Made by a program: the position numbers and the translations under genes. A DNA stretch of 63,500 nucleotides, filler included, from Collodictyon triciliatum (taxonomy: Eukaryota): NCBI GenBank assembly GCA_043381765.1. It is 17 parts of 17 records of this genome, joined end to end, with 100 filler letters (N's around TTAATTAATTAA, not from the genome) between each part and the next. Parts side by side here need not be neighbours in the genome. Positions count along the whole stretch, not along the records: positions 36,165 to 40,084 come from JBHJMP010006717.1; positions 40,185 to 44,097 come from JBHJMP010006718.1; positions 44,198 to 48,109 come from JBHJMP010006719.1; positions 48,210 to 52,120 come from JBHJMP010006720.1; positions 52,221 to 56,129 come from JBHJMP010006723.1; 12 more parts are not named here. One strand, written 5' to 3'. Under the pieces are notes generated by a model, which saw nothing but the letters and a program-made list of their open reading frames with translations, had not been told where the DNA came from and did no database searches. Position 1 is the stretch's first letter. Every line of letters begins with the position of its first letter. Shown here piece by piece: positions 39,201-52,427 of this stretch.

Positions 39201-39699
39201 AAAATAAAAAAAAAAAAAACAAAAAAAAATAAAAAAAAAAAAAAAACCCCCCCCCCCCAAAGTAAAATGGAGATAACTTGGAATTATTTTAAAAAAAAAA
39301 AAACACACACACACAACTACTCAAAATAACGAAAGAGTTTTTATCGTATTATTTGAGATTATTCATCGACCAGGAAAAAAAATACAAACATTACTTATGT
39401 ACCTTTTGGGGCGTTATTTGGATGATAGATGAAGAGAAAACATATGAATATTACTTTTTTTAAAAAAAAAAAAAAAATCTTTGAATCGAATAAAGGGAAA
39501 AAAAGAAAAGGAAATATTCTTGTCAAAGCTAAACCTTAACCATAACGAAAGAGGTTGAAAGAGATATCTCGAGCCCATCGAAAGATACTGTTTCGTCAAA
39601 ATGGCTCGATTTTCTTGTGCCAAAGTTACAACGAGCAACAGATCGGCACAAAGAAGACTCTTTGATCGTGAGGCTGTAGAGCTTGGGTGGCGGATTCAT
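36283..39699 (-). CDS. DDB1/SF3B3/CPSF1-superfamily beta-propeller protein (Mms1-like), N-terminal part, many short exons
   Basis: NLAPLIDFVSVDATRQNQDQIYCI followed by SGVANKGAVSIIRNG matches the family motif N.AP++DF...DQ+..CSG...G++.IIR.G; also RVAIHPK..IIAYS. Confidence 0.65.
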
Positions 39700-40202
39700 C
39701 AGAGTCCTATCTTTCTTACTATTTAGCGTTGGAAAACTCTCTTAAAGACTGCTCTGTTGAAAAAGAGCGGACAGGATAAAAAAAAAAAACTTTTCAAAAA
39801 TGTGCACTGTGCTACATAGATGCAGTATTTTTTGAGAGAAGGGACGTGTGTTTTATTTTTTTTAAAACTATTATTCATACTACTTAGCCGAAAGCTCCCG
39901 AGACAATATGATTATTTTCTGTGTTAAATACCATAGGAAAGAACAGGAAGAACACATACATACATACATACATACATACATACATACATACATACATACA
40001 TACATACATACATACATACATACATACATACATACATACATACATACATACATACATACATACATACATACATACATACATACANNNNNNNNNNNNNNNN
40101 NNNNNNNNNNNNNNNNNNNNNNNNNNNNTTAATTAATTAANNNNNNNNNNNNNNNNNNNNNNNNNNNNNNNNNNNNNNNNNNNNATAAATTTATCTAATA
40201 AA

Positions 40203-40276
<74 letters not shown>

Positions 40277-40369
40277 AGAAGCTATTTTGATGTATTGCAA
40301 GCTTTAATACCGGCCTGCACCTTACCACTTTAACCGGCTTCATGCAGAAAAAAGAAATCCAGTTTTTGC

Positions 40370-43300
40370 TTACTGCTGGTCGTTTGGTAAAACACGTAGT
40401 TGAGGATTTACTTTTTTCTTCTTTAAACAAATAAAAACATTAGCAGCGTGTGAATGAATTGCAAACACAGATTTCTTACGTGGTTATAGAACTCCAGTCT
40501 ACGAATTAGGTCATAATCTGGATTGCTCTGCTCGTTCCAAAAAGGGAGAGCTGTGATGCCACGAGGTACCCTCTTTATAGTCGATTTTCCTTCTTTGTTG
40601 CGGATGTGCAAGCGACTGAGAGCAGACAGAGCAGTAATTCCGGCAGGAAGCTCATCAATCTGTGGGAATGGAAATATAATTACGAGTTCAAGATAGTGGA
40701 ATGGCTTTTATCATTTAGATATGTTAAACAAACCGGATTATCACGTATATCTAACTGTACAAGGCACGTTAAACTTGATAATGCTTGTGGCAGTGATGAC
40801 ACTCGATTTTGAGAGATGTCGAGGCGAACAAGGCTATTCAGATGTGATATTTCTAAAGCTAGGAGCGAGAGTTGATTTTCAGAAACTTCAAGACTAGTGA
40901 GACTATTTAGGCATGATATTTCTGAAGGAAAAGACAAGAGCCGATTTTGAGAGACGTCGAGATGGGCTAGACTATTTAAACATGATATTTCTGAAGGTAA
41001 GGACGAGAGCTGATTTTGAGAAACATCAAAGTTCGTAATGCACGTCAGACACGATATTTCTGAAGGCAAAGATGACAACTGATTTTGAGAGACATCGAAG
41101 CGAATAAGACCATTCAAGCATGATATTTCTGAAGGTAGTGATGACAACTGAATTTGAGAGACACCGAGTTGAACCAGACTATTTAGGTACCATATTTCTA
41201 AAGGCAAGGGCGACATAACATTATGAGAGACATCAAGGCGAGTTAAAACCGTCAGGTGTGATATTTGAGCAGGTACTGATGATATCTGTAAATCATGATA
41301 AATGATAAGAATGGATGTATGGATGAAGCTGATTCAAATGCAGGTATGAAATTCAATACTAATATTTTATAAAAAAAAAATTATGAATGAAAAGAAAAAA
41401 ACACGCTGAAAACCTTATTTTTTGATAAGTCCAGATATGCTAGGTTTGTAAGGGCGAAGCATGACTCCGGGAAAGATACAAGCTGTAAAAAGGAGTTGAG
41501 TTACAATATGATAAATAATAAAAATGATTTGGTGGTTTTTTATTTTTATTGATTTTTTTTTTAGGATTAAGTAAATATTACTTCGTTTGAATGGAGGTAT
41601 AGTTTCTTTAGCCCAACTAAATGCTTAAGCCAATTAGGAATATGGAAGAGCTTCATATCGCCCATCCACAGCGAGGTTGCGTGTTGGATTCCATGATTAT
41701 AAGGGGTGTACTGCACATTCATATATTGAATTTCTTCCAATTCTTGAAGGGTACCGGAGCTTAATGGATGTTGAGGAGATTCAATCATATTTGGATTTAA
41801 GTGGTCGTTTATGAATTGGGATGCAAACGAGAGTTCTTGCTCGGAAAGCGAATGGGTCGCATGGACATCAGGCTGGTCAAGCTTGGATATTGTGTTTCCA
41901 TCAAGCTTCAGAGCTTTCACCTTCTCAAGTAATCTTTTTGACAACTCGTCTTTCTTTTTCTGCAGATGAGTCACCAATTGGTTGTAAAATAATTCCTCAA
42001 CTTTTTTCTTCGGAGCTTTTGAATCGCTACCAGTGTCTTTCTCTTTCGACAGTTCTAGAAATGCAGAAATGTCATCTGGTGATATGTGATACATATCAAC
42101 CATCGTCCTTTCATCTAGTTTGTCTTGAATTTCTTGGAATCTTCCCCAGCTTTGATTTGAAATTGTATCGCTCAATTTTAAAAAGCCATGCTCTCCAAGC
42201 CACTCCACAAATTCACCCTTGTACATGTCAGCCAAAGGAGCATATTGAATTGGAAGTAATTCGTTCATCATCTTTTGAGAAAGGTTCTGTTCACCCGATT
42301 TCAATTCATCCAGGTATACACAAACTTGATCCAGAGAAGGTCGGAGCTTGTAGTTTTGCCTCCAACTTGTTTTGATGATATGGTTGAGTTCACAAGTTGC
42401 TTCTTTTGGTATTTCGGGTCGCAATCCCTTGATAATGAAGCTCTGTGGTCGTGCCTCGTTCTGGAAAGGCTCGACTCCAGAAAACATGTACCAAACGAGC
42501 ATTCCCAAAGCATACACATTACTTGGTTCTCCTCGATGCCCCTGATTCACTTCATCTTCGCCATACATTTCTGGATTATCATTATAAAACGGTTCACAAG
42601 AAACTTCATGGATTTCCGGTGCTTGCCAGTTTGCAGTTCCGCCTTGCTTGTTCTCACCAAATCTCGTCGGTAAGCTTGACCCGACTTTATCAACTTCACG
42701 GCGGCTCACTATCCCAAAATCCACAATTTTTACTGTTGCTTTGCCTACAATCATAACATTATCGGCCTTCAAATCCTCGTGATATAGGTGTTTAGAATGC
42801 ATGAAAATGAGACCTTTGCAAAGTTGATTCGTGTAAGATATTATTTGAGGTAATGTTGGCTTGATATTTTTCTTCTCCAACATCGCTTTCAACGAAATAC
42901 CTGCATTCTCCATAATCATGTAAAAGTCATCCTCTTTACGATACACACCAAATAGTTTGACTATTTTTTCACATTCATTGCATTCATATAGAAACTTGCT
43001 TTCAAAAATGAGCGATTGAATCACCTCACTGAGGGTCTGCTCGTTGCTCTTCTGGATGGTTTGGATTTTCACCACAGCACTTGTTCCTTTGAATATTGTT
43101 GTGTAAACTCGCCCATAAGCCCCCTTTGCGAGATAACCTGACAGTTCTATTTTTTCATCAATCCATTGACCTGTTAATTCCCGGTCGATTGAATCCAACT
43201 CGCGAGTTACTTCAGCAGATTGCGACGTCTTTTTCTTTTTCTCCTTCATCATAGAGGTGAATCTTTTTGAAATCCCTTTTTTAAAGAAAATATTTAATAG

Positions 43301-44097
43301 AATTCGATAACATATAATTAGATTATCATTTATCTAAAAATAACATATTTTTGAATATATTGATTAAAAATAAACCTTGTTCCAGATAGACACGCCCTTG
43401 CTTTACTGCACTTGCTTCTAGTTGATGACTCTGGTTACACACTTTCAATTCTGAGTCATCTGTCATTACTGTTGTTTGAACATAACCGTCTAATCCACGA
43501 CGCTGACATTCTGGGCATTCAAATCGATATGCTTCCACAAAATTCGGTCGAATTGACGATATTTGTTTGATGAAGGTGCAAAGAATGTCGAAAATCCTGA
43601 CAAATCTATCACCATCATCAACCTCATTTTCGTATTTTCTAATCTTGACTGAAATGCTCTTTTGGTGGATACGGTACAAAATAATCAATCCGTATCCAGG
43701 AAGCAGTTGAATTTCATCTGTTCCTGTTTTGTACGAAGCATTCAGATGTATGAACGCCACATCTCTGAAAAACTGGTCGTCATACTGAACTCCAGCTTGT
43801 GCCTCTTTTGTCAAACGAAGTGCCTGAATGACGACGTTGCTTTTGTCAGAGAGCTGGACCTCACCATTGGTGATTATTTCTACAGAGGTTTCAGCAATAC
43901 AGTTTGACTCTGCTTTTTCATTCCATAAGGCTTTGAGATTTTGGCAATCTTCCATCAGTGAGGGAAAGGCGATGCATTCTCTGTTGAATTGAATCCCGAG
44001 GCCGAAATGGTCAAAGATTCGAAGAATTGTATTGAACACATGTTCGTCTAGTTCTGCATTCAGTTCTTGTTTGATTTGGTCTTTTAGCTTGCTCAAC
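40370..44097 (-). CDS. Roco-like protein: COR - TKL-type kinase - SAM-like repeats - C-terminal LRRs, 5' partial
   Basis: COR-like ILRIFDHFGL..IAFPSLM..W and CPEC..C.QSH at 43375-44097 splice in phase to the kinase (LAKGAYGRVY, VVK, HEDLKADN, DFG, GTANWQAPE), followed by about 11 LRRs of 23 aa. Confidence 0.85.
40734..41285 (-). repeat. Coding tandem array of eight 69-nt LRR units
   Basis: The 552-nt exon equals 8 x 69; consensus LSSLPSEISCLxxLxxLDVSQNQ is also visible at DNA level. Confidence 0.92.
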
Positions 44098-44822
44098 NNN
44101 NNNNNNNNNNNNNNNNNNNNNNNNNNNNNNNNNNNNNNNNNTTAATTAATTAANNNNNNNNNNNNNNNNNNNNNNNNNNNNNNNNNNNNNNNNNNNNTTT
44201 TTTTTTGCATTTTTTTTTTTGGAAGTTTTTTTTTTTTTTTGTTTTTTTTTTTTGTGTGTGTGTGTGTATATATATATATCGTTGTGTAAGTTGTTTGCAA
44301 GGATTCGATCCCTGCTGCGGGGATCAAGAAGGCTTTCCGCTTCGTTCTGATCGGGTGCTTTGCTTGAAGCCAGGGAGGTGAAAGCAGAAAGATTTGAAAA
44401 CAGATTCGACCTCGTAACGGAAATAATATCTGGAAAATATGATGAAAAGTCTATTTACTTATAATTAATTCTCATATTGATTTTAGTATTATTTAAAGAA
44501 ATTTATTTACATAAAATTAAATGAAACAGTAAGTCTATAAAACACCCCCCATTCAGTATCCATGGATACACTACCACACAATCACAAATGCATCGTCCGT
44601 TGACGGTTATTCCAATATTGGCAACTGCGCAACGAATTTCTTGTTTTATTGAATTCCTGCCTCGTCCGCTTCCGCAACCATGATTCAGAATCAGACGGAA
44701 GATGAATCACAAACCCAAAAACCCACACAAGAAAACCCGACACGAACGTACATCGAACAACGCATTGAGTATGTCCTGCTGAGAAAGCTCCCTCCCCCAT
44801 AATCTAGCTAGCAGATACGCCC

Positions 44823-46337
44823 ATGGATGACAACGAACCGCGCCTCGGCACCGTCCGATCGTCCCAGTTTTCGAACTNNNNNNNNNNNNNNNNNNNNNNN
44901 NNNNNNNNNNNNNNNNNNNNNNNNNNNNNNNNNNNNNNNNNNNNNNNNNNNNNNNNNNNNNNNNNNNNNNNNNNNNNNNNNNNNNNNNNNNNNNNNNNNN
45001 NNNNNNNNNNNNNNNNNNNNNNNNNNNNNNNNNNNNNNNNNNNNNNNNNNNNNNNNNNNNNNNNNNNNNNNNNNNNNNNNNNNNNNNNNNNNNNNNNNNN
45101 NNNNNNNNNNNNNNNNNNNNNNNNNNNNNNNNNNNNNNNNNNNNNNNNNNNNNNNNNNNNNNNNNNNNNNNNNNNNNNNNNNNNNNNNNNNNNNNNNNNN
45201 NNNNNNNNNNNNNNNNNNNNNNNNNNNNNNNNNNNNNNNNNNNNNNNNNNNNNNNNNNNNNNNNNNNNNNNNNNNNNNNNNTCGCCTGTAGAATGGACCG
45301 TCCATGTTCCAACACCTTCCAGACCTCCGACCCGAGACTTTGTTGCCATGAACAAAGACTCCATCTCCAACGGAGTATTGTCTCCAGTAGAAACCACAGC
45401 ATACAGAAAGGTTGGCATAATTCTACTAACATAATATGCCTGATCCCACATCCTTTTCATTAGCATAACCGAATCTCTCTGAAACAGAATCACGTCATCC
45501 TCCAAAAAATCCCTGATATTCGGCGCAGTCATCCTGCTCCAATCCCCTCCGACCTCGACCCGAATGTAACATATGGACGGAAGACAGTGTAAACCCTCAA
45601 GTTACATGGACTTTGTCGTTCACAAATCGAACAATATCATAACAGTCTAATTTCTTCTTCTTTTCATCGCCTTGCTTGCTGACATTGCGCATTGAATCTT
45701 ATAGACCAGCTAGAGACCTTGATCTCTTGCTCTCGCACCACTATCAAGCAGAGTGGCTCGATGGAGTTGTTGCCAAGCAAACAAAGGAAGAAGATGTGAG
45801 CACATTTGAAATCCCATTTTCCCTTCATTCAATTTCAACTTCACGAGGAGCAATTATCTTGGATTCTACTACTTGTCAATCAATTTGTGTAGTCAACATG
45901 AAAGTATTTGCTAACGTATAGCGGATTCTTGTTTTCAATACACAGCAAATCATCAAACAAAAAATTGCGGCTCGAAAGAATCTGATGAATCACACAAAAG
46001 CATCTCTGAGTCATTCACAGCGCGCTGAAGAGCCTGCCTCGCCGACAGCATCTTTCAAGCTGAAGAAGTTCCAAAGTGTCCCATCTAAAGTATGTTGTTG
46101 TACAATTTTCATCTCGTCTCGAGTAGGATTTTATACAGACAATTATCTTCAGCAATTGGGGTTATACTTTTTCCGTGTACTTGTTGATCCACTGATTTTA
46201 AAACATTACCTTATTTGTAGATTGAAACACGACGCGCTCGATCGACGAATGATATGTATCGCCCAGAGCCCAGCCCAGAGCGTATCTATAGTGCAGATGC
46301 TAAAAGAGCCCCAATACTCACCGACATAGAGGCATAA
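44823..46337 (+). CDS. CFAP77: Cilia- and flagella-associated protein 77 homologue (gap inside)
   Basis: PRLGTVRSSQFSN, RDFVAMNKDSISNGVLSPVETTAYRK, VTYGRKT..PARDLDLLLSHHYQAEW and HTKAS..FKLKKFQSVPSKIET follow the order of CFAP77 conserved blocks. Confidence 0.78.
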
Positions 46338-47702
46338 GCAGATGCCTCTTGAGCCTTGAGTCGTTTCTGAAATCACCATTTCCCATCCACTTCCCCTCGC
46401 CTTTCCCTTCGTGTTTTCATCATATTTCACTCCAACTGGTTTCTGGGGGTACTCCCAAACGGGAAAAGCATTCTCATATCAGGTTCTCACTCCCCATCAC
46501 CGAAGCAAACCATTGCATATCTGATGCCGAACCTATCCGCCATAACTCTACACTTCCCCTCATTCCAAAGCCTGCTAGTACTACCCACTCCTCGTACATC
46601 AGAATTAGTTGTCCTTGCTCATGTCACGGCCACTCTCAAAATAAACCAACAAGAAAAGAAAAGAAAAAACAGCCAACAAAAAGATTCTGACATACTCTAC
46701 ATCCTTTGCAGTGGAGCCACTAGCACATCGAGTAACCCTTCGTGACAAGGGAGGGCATACATGAAAGACATGGTAATCAACCTCAGTTCTCCTTTTATAC
46801 CAGCTGTTAGGATTCTGCTGCGCAGGAGGTTTATTCGGTGGTCATCTGAGCCTTTGCCTTTACCGCTGGTTCTGTTCTCGTTATTTTGTATTCATCACCA
46901 CGTCCTCTTTTGTGAGCATCATTGCATCCATGTGTTTTTTCTTATCCTTTCGTTTGCTTTCTCATCTTAACTCTTTTCAATTTTTTCATTACCTGAACTC
47001 CACACATATTCAAGCGATTTGAAATATCATGCAGCTCGCTTGTAGCGCAGTCTGGGTGAGCTGAGTGTCTTGCTTGGAAAGAAAATTAGAAACTAAGAAA
47101 AAAGGTGTAGATGGAGATAATCCAGAAGCCATGAGACTCCCTTCAAACACCAGACAAGGAGCTGCGCAGGGCCAAAAATAAATAAATAAAATAAAATCGC
47201 TCCGGCACCAAGCAAAAGCCAAGTCCATGTGGAACGAGAGATGGTGCGAATGGCTTGGATTTGCAATAAAGGAAGAGACCAGAGCACATAAACATACACA
47301 CTTTCTTTCCACAGCAACCTCATTGTATCACCCTTCGCTGTGTGGGTCTGTGGTTGCAATACCTAATCGCCTAGTTATTGTATTTTCTTCTTTTTCTTCT
47401 TTTTATTTTTATTTTTATTTTCCTCTATCGAAAAATGTTACCACAAAGACTATATTGAGCCTTGGGCGGTGGAAAGTGTCGCTGGTTGTCGAATCACTTT
47501 GCGCATTTGCTGGACTCACAACGACTTTCATTCAACAAAGCAATAAAACATGAACCCGGCCAGTGGGAGGAGAGTGTACACAAGACGAGAGAAGATCAAG
47601 ACTCGCTGACACATAAGAACCTACAAGAAAAAAGAAAAAAAGAAAAAAAGAACTCGTGGGTTTCCATCATTATTCGATTCGAGGGGAGGAAGGTTTTACA
47701 TG

Positions 47703-47741
<39 letters not shown>

Positions 47742-47813
47742 TAAAAAAAAAAAAAAAAGGACTTATGGTGGAAGGCCTCTCGTTTTCCCACAATCCTGTA
47801 GAGTTTTCACGAT

Positions 47814-47949
47814 TTAACTCCATGCCTCAAAGTCTGAGCCCTTCTGATCAATTCCTATTGTTGCACGCATCCATACACGCTCTGCCTTTCGGCCGGGGTT
47901 TCCTTCAACGATATCCTTATCAACTCCTTCACATTGGTCGTAATTCCAA
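47814..47949 (-). CDS. Probable terminal exon of an unidentified gene
   Basis: After a T-rich tract and CAG: WNYDQCEGVDKDIVEGNPGRKAERVWMRATIGIDQKGSDFEAWS*. Confidence 0.4.
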
Positions 47950-48424
47950 CTGAAAAAGAGAATAAAAGGAAAAAGGAAAAAGGAAAAAGGAAAAAGGAAA
48001 AAGGAAAAAGGAAAAAGGAAAAAGGAAAAAGCAAAAAACAAAAAACAAAAAACAAAAAACAAAAAACAAAAAACAAAAAACAAAAAACAAAAAACAAAAA
48101 ACAAAAAAANNNNNNNNNNNNNNNNNNNNNNNNNNNNNNNNNNNNNNNNNNNNTTAATTAATTAANNNNNNNNNNNNNNNNNNNNNNNNNNNNNNNNNNN
48201 NNNNNNNNNCGTCGGAATCGATTTGAGAAGTAACTGCCATGTGCGTACTTTCATCGACCCGACAACTTTATCCGCTCTTCTGTCAGTCTCAAATACAACC
48301 AGAAATCGCGTTTTGGAGCTGAATCATCTCGGGTAGAATAGTCTGCGTGTGACAACACTTTCTCTCCTTTCTATTTTCTTTTTCCTTTTCTTTTTTTCTT
48401 TCCACCCAAAACACAAAATCTCCA

Positions 48425-48526
48425 ACCATACAATCTGGGGCTTTCCACTGTCTTGTCCGCAGCTCATTTCTTGTCCTATAGTTGAAGGCGGTTTCCTTGG
48501 CTTTGTTTTCTCTCAATAAGCTGTTG
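48425..48526. repeat. Dispersed 102-nt repeat, copy 2
   Basis: Matches 28134-28235. Confidence 0.9.
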
Positions 48527-49086
48527 GAAAAGAAAAAGGAAATATAAGCTCTTGGGACTGCGCACGCTCCTGCAAAGACTCCCTGGGTGATGGAATACTT
48601 ATTTACTATTATTCATGTCCAAGAACAAGAGGAGCCGCGGAAGCATTCAGTGCCGACAGCGGAGACCTGAATGCGAGGCACACCAGCCGAAATGGTATAG
48701 AATCACCGAGTAGGAATTGAACGCGAAGCGAATGCTTAAAAAAAAGGAAGCAAAAATTAGCTAACCATTAGCCTGAGGACTTCAATCGTGCAATTCAATC
48801 CTCTTCAAAAAGAAAAAGCCATGAGACATCATGAGAAATACTAACGAAGAAGGTAAGTCTCAAGAATATCAGCCAATCAGAACATATCCTCCGCTCGAAT
48901 GCCTGTTATATGCAGATCTGAGAATAACTGCGGAAGTACACAAGCAACAGAATCACAGAGACTGGATTGTGAAAACCTCATCCAATCTAAGGCAATTGTC
49001 GCCGCCCCCTTTATTTGGGTGTGATGCATCATTTTATCTCACAGCTGGTTCTTGATGGTTAAAAATAATTATTATTTCTATATAGC

Positions 49087-51458
49087 CTATCGTGACGGAT
49101 ACCAACCCATGCGCCCAAGCAAATCCAGCACAGACCCGCTTCGTGTGGCAAGAATACCAAAGCTGCGCGGGGAAATGACAGGGTCGAGAACAGGGAGTAC
49201 GGCGCAATCGCCATCAGTCCCAGACTCTGCAAGCTTTTGCTGGAGGAAAGCAACCCTATCGACAAGAATGATGGCCTCCACAACAGGCGAAAGGACGCAC
49301 TTCAACGCCCAGAATATAACCGCCTTGTGTCTCTGAGCCACCATGTCCTCGCGTTCATACATCAGCTGCAAGGACGGCAGGGACAGATGCTCAACTGGCT
49401 CCAGGTGGAATCTTTTTGTCAAGACAAAGTGAGCATACTCTGCAAACGGGCCACGAAACAATGCTGCACTGACATTTTTGATCACAAGCGGATACTCCGA
49501 GCGAGCCGAGGCCAGCGGCACAAACCCGACTGGGACTGCAGGCAGATGGAAAAGCTGCGGGTAGTGCTCGCGAAGAATCTTTTCCATCACACTGCGGTAG
49601 AGAATTGTGTTGAGCGCCTGCTGCCGCTCGCTTTCGGCCATCTCGTGCGGCCATCGGTCGGTGCATTGGCACGCAAGTAGCCGCGCCCGGCGGCCGAGCG
49701 CAAAGGCCTTTTCTTGAAGCGTCCTTGTCATTGGGAAGCCCAGTTCGGACGGCATCTGCGCAAGGACGCTGCTTGGGCTGCAATGCGGTGTGGGCTGAAC
49801 AGAGTCTGCAGAATCGCGAGTGGCATAGTCGACTTGCTCCGTGATAAGGTGGAAACAGCAGCTGAACTGGAAGAGCACGTCTCCCTGTCCGTTTGCAAAG
49901 AGCCGCAGCATGGAGGAGGTCAGGTCTCCGCAGCAGTGGAGCCCAATCAGCATGCTTTGGTGCTTGTGCTCTCTGCTGTCGGAAGGAGCCGTCTCGTGGG
50001 TGGAGGCTGTCACCATCTTTTGCAGCTCGCTCAAGTTGCTCTGCGCGTTGACTTGGGCAGTGATTCCTGTGTAGCTGCCTTGGCTGTGGATTCCTTTTTC
50101 TATGGTGTTTCGTGCTCAGCCTTCTTTAATTCAGAGGGATGTGTATGTGAAGATATGATACATTTTTCGTTGCGATGAGTAAGTGAGCGCACACTGCAAA
50201 AATCGGGTGAGCGCTGTTGTTACATAAAAAAAAACATAATTTCAGATAAAATGAAACAAACGAGCGGGTCATTCGTGATAAAATATGCAGTACAGACTAG
50301 AGAGTTCTTCATAGAATTGTTGGCTTTTGGTGGAGGATGCTTGAATATTATGCTCGGATGAGTCGATTCCAATCACACGGAACCCGTGTCGATGCGCAAG
50401 TATGTTTGAGAGGTATCCCTATTGAATAAGAATCAATGTTGCTTAGCAATTATTGCTTTTTTTTTAAAAAAAAAAACATTTCCTAATAAAAAGTTGAGAA
50501 AAATAGAACCTTTTTAAAAACTTTTAGTTTCTAAATAAATTTTGATATTTCCGCATTATGGGGTTGCAAAATGTTTCATCGACAGTTGTCTATAGTAAAA
50601 GTAAACCTGGCCACTCCCAATATCTATAAGATTCGTGATTTCCTTGCTATTTGCTATGTTTGCAATCGCGGGTGCCAAAACGCTAACCTTTGATTAGTTT
50701 CCATGGCTTTCAAAGGAATATTCATTTTGTTTGAAGCAGACGATTTGTACATGATAAGCGCAAAAAAAAAAAAAGAGAAGAAGAAGGAAACTAGTTGAAT
50801 CCAATATAAGGGGAAATGATGGGAAACTAGTGGCGTTTAAATACTAACGTTTATTGGTTCATTTATAACGGAGTATGGTTATTTTCTATGTTTTGCGCGA
50901 ACGCCAACATATATGTGTACCTCGTGGCGCTTCTTTTCGGTGAACCCGCGCCTCAGTTCATGAAACAATTCCTTATCGCTCTGAAATATAGACAGTGGAT
51001 TTTTTTCCAAGGAAAACTCATGCGCTGTGCGAATAAATCCCTTCAGTGATTCTGGCCATTCTTCCTGTATTCATGTGGTTCCACAGACAAGGACGATGAG
51101 TGCAATGTATGCAAAAAGTCATTTGTAACTCCAGCTTTCACAATGTTTTACACCCCAGGGTATTAATATAAAATCGTTTGGTTTTGGGCATAAAACATAT
51201 GGAAAAGAAATAAAGCCAGTAAACCTTCACAAAGCCAGACGGGAGCTGGAGGATCTCGCTGGTGTCAAGAGCCTCCAAAGGCTGATCCCATTCCCTCGGA
51301 ATATGCTGCCACAAATCGGCCACAAAGAAGTCAACCATCGAAGAATGCAGAAGCACGCTCGACACCGGATGCACAAGGAAATCAGCACAGCGACTGAGGA
51401 ATTCTTCACACGAACCCATCGACGACGGAAGGAAAAACCGGCTTCGTGGAAAACTCAT
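49087..51458 (-). CDS. METTL25: METTL25/RRNAD1-family SAM-dependent methyltransferase, complete
   Basis: VDFFVADLWQHIPREW, EKKRHE|V, LIDIGSGQ|GYLSN, LIGLHCCGDL, SCCFHL, LSPVVEAIILVDR and VLDPVISPR. Confidence 0.85.
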
Positions 51459-51969
51459 TCTGCTCAAACACCTTGTCGAAAGAGAAAACACTCATCATCG
51501 TGAGTCCTTGAAAAGTTGTGTCAAGAGCGGCGCAGATCCCCTTGCCATATTCTTTCTCTTGGTCTATTCTGCCACTTTCCTGCTTGGCCAGGTTTCGAAG
51601 CGGGTGCTGATTCATCTCGGATCGCTCAGCAAAAAATCGCTATCATTTCCACATTTGGTTTGAAAGTTCTAGAAGCATCCGGTTCGCTGATCGATCACGA
51701 AATCGTGAGGTGGATCACAGAGTCAAGAAGCAAATCGAGCCAAGCAACAAAGGATATTGACAATCGTCTCTGATCCGTCATGAAACAGGAGCATTGAAAC
51801 ATCAACCAAGAGCGAAACAGAAGCCACACAGGTACACTAAATGAAGAAAAGCAGGGCTGAAACAAGGGATAAGAGCAATAAAATGAAACAGCGAATCAGC
51901 CAAGCAAGTAATAAAAACTGCAAAAAAAAAAAAAAATAAAAAAAAAAGGAAAAGAAAAGACTCCAAAGC

Positions 51970-52038
51970 ATGGCCGCAGCTCCTCAGTTCATCGGTGTTT
52001 CCATCCCAGGGCACATTCCGATTCTTACCTGGACACAG
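51970..52038 (+). CDS. First exon of a possible Hikeshi/OPI10-like protein
   Basis: MAAAPQFIGVSIPGHIPILTWTQ followed by a GTAGG donor; short resemblance to the Hikeshi N-terminus only. Confidence 0.35.
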
Positions 52039-52234
52039 GTAGGGCACCTTCCTTGTTTAACACTCAAAGTGCTTTCATCTGCTTTTTTTCTCTTTTTTCT
52101 CTTTTTTCTCTTTTTCTCTTNNNNNNNNNNNNNNNNNNNNNNNNNNNNNNNNNNNNNNNNNNNNTTAATTAATTAANNNNNNNNNNNNNNNNNNNNNNNN
52201 NNNNNNNNNNNNNNNNNNNNATAATTATAATAAC

Positions 52235-52324
<90 letters not shown>

Positions 52325-52427
52325 AGAAAACCAAAATAAGGTGATATTAAACAATTTTGTTTCGAAAAATGAGACGTAAAGAAAGAATTATGATAAAATT
52401 GAGCTATATTTTGAATAGAAATTTACC

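Noticed and set aside
40734-41285. 69-nt repeats as a CRISPR-like array
   Set aside because: In-frame coding LRR units with no unique spacers, in a eukaryotic intron-containing gene.
44295-44327. T-arm-like hairpin GCAAGGATTCGATCCCTGC
   Set aside because: No D-arm, anticodon arm or acceptor stem upstream; too short to call a tRNA.
44804-45532. Minus-strand ORF MTAPNIRDFLEDD...
   Set aside because: Antisense shadow of the CFAP77 exons, extended artificially by the N gap.
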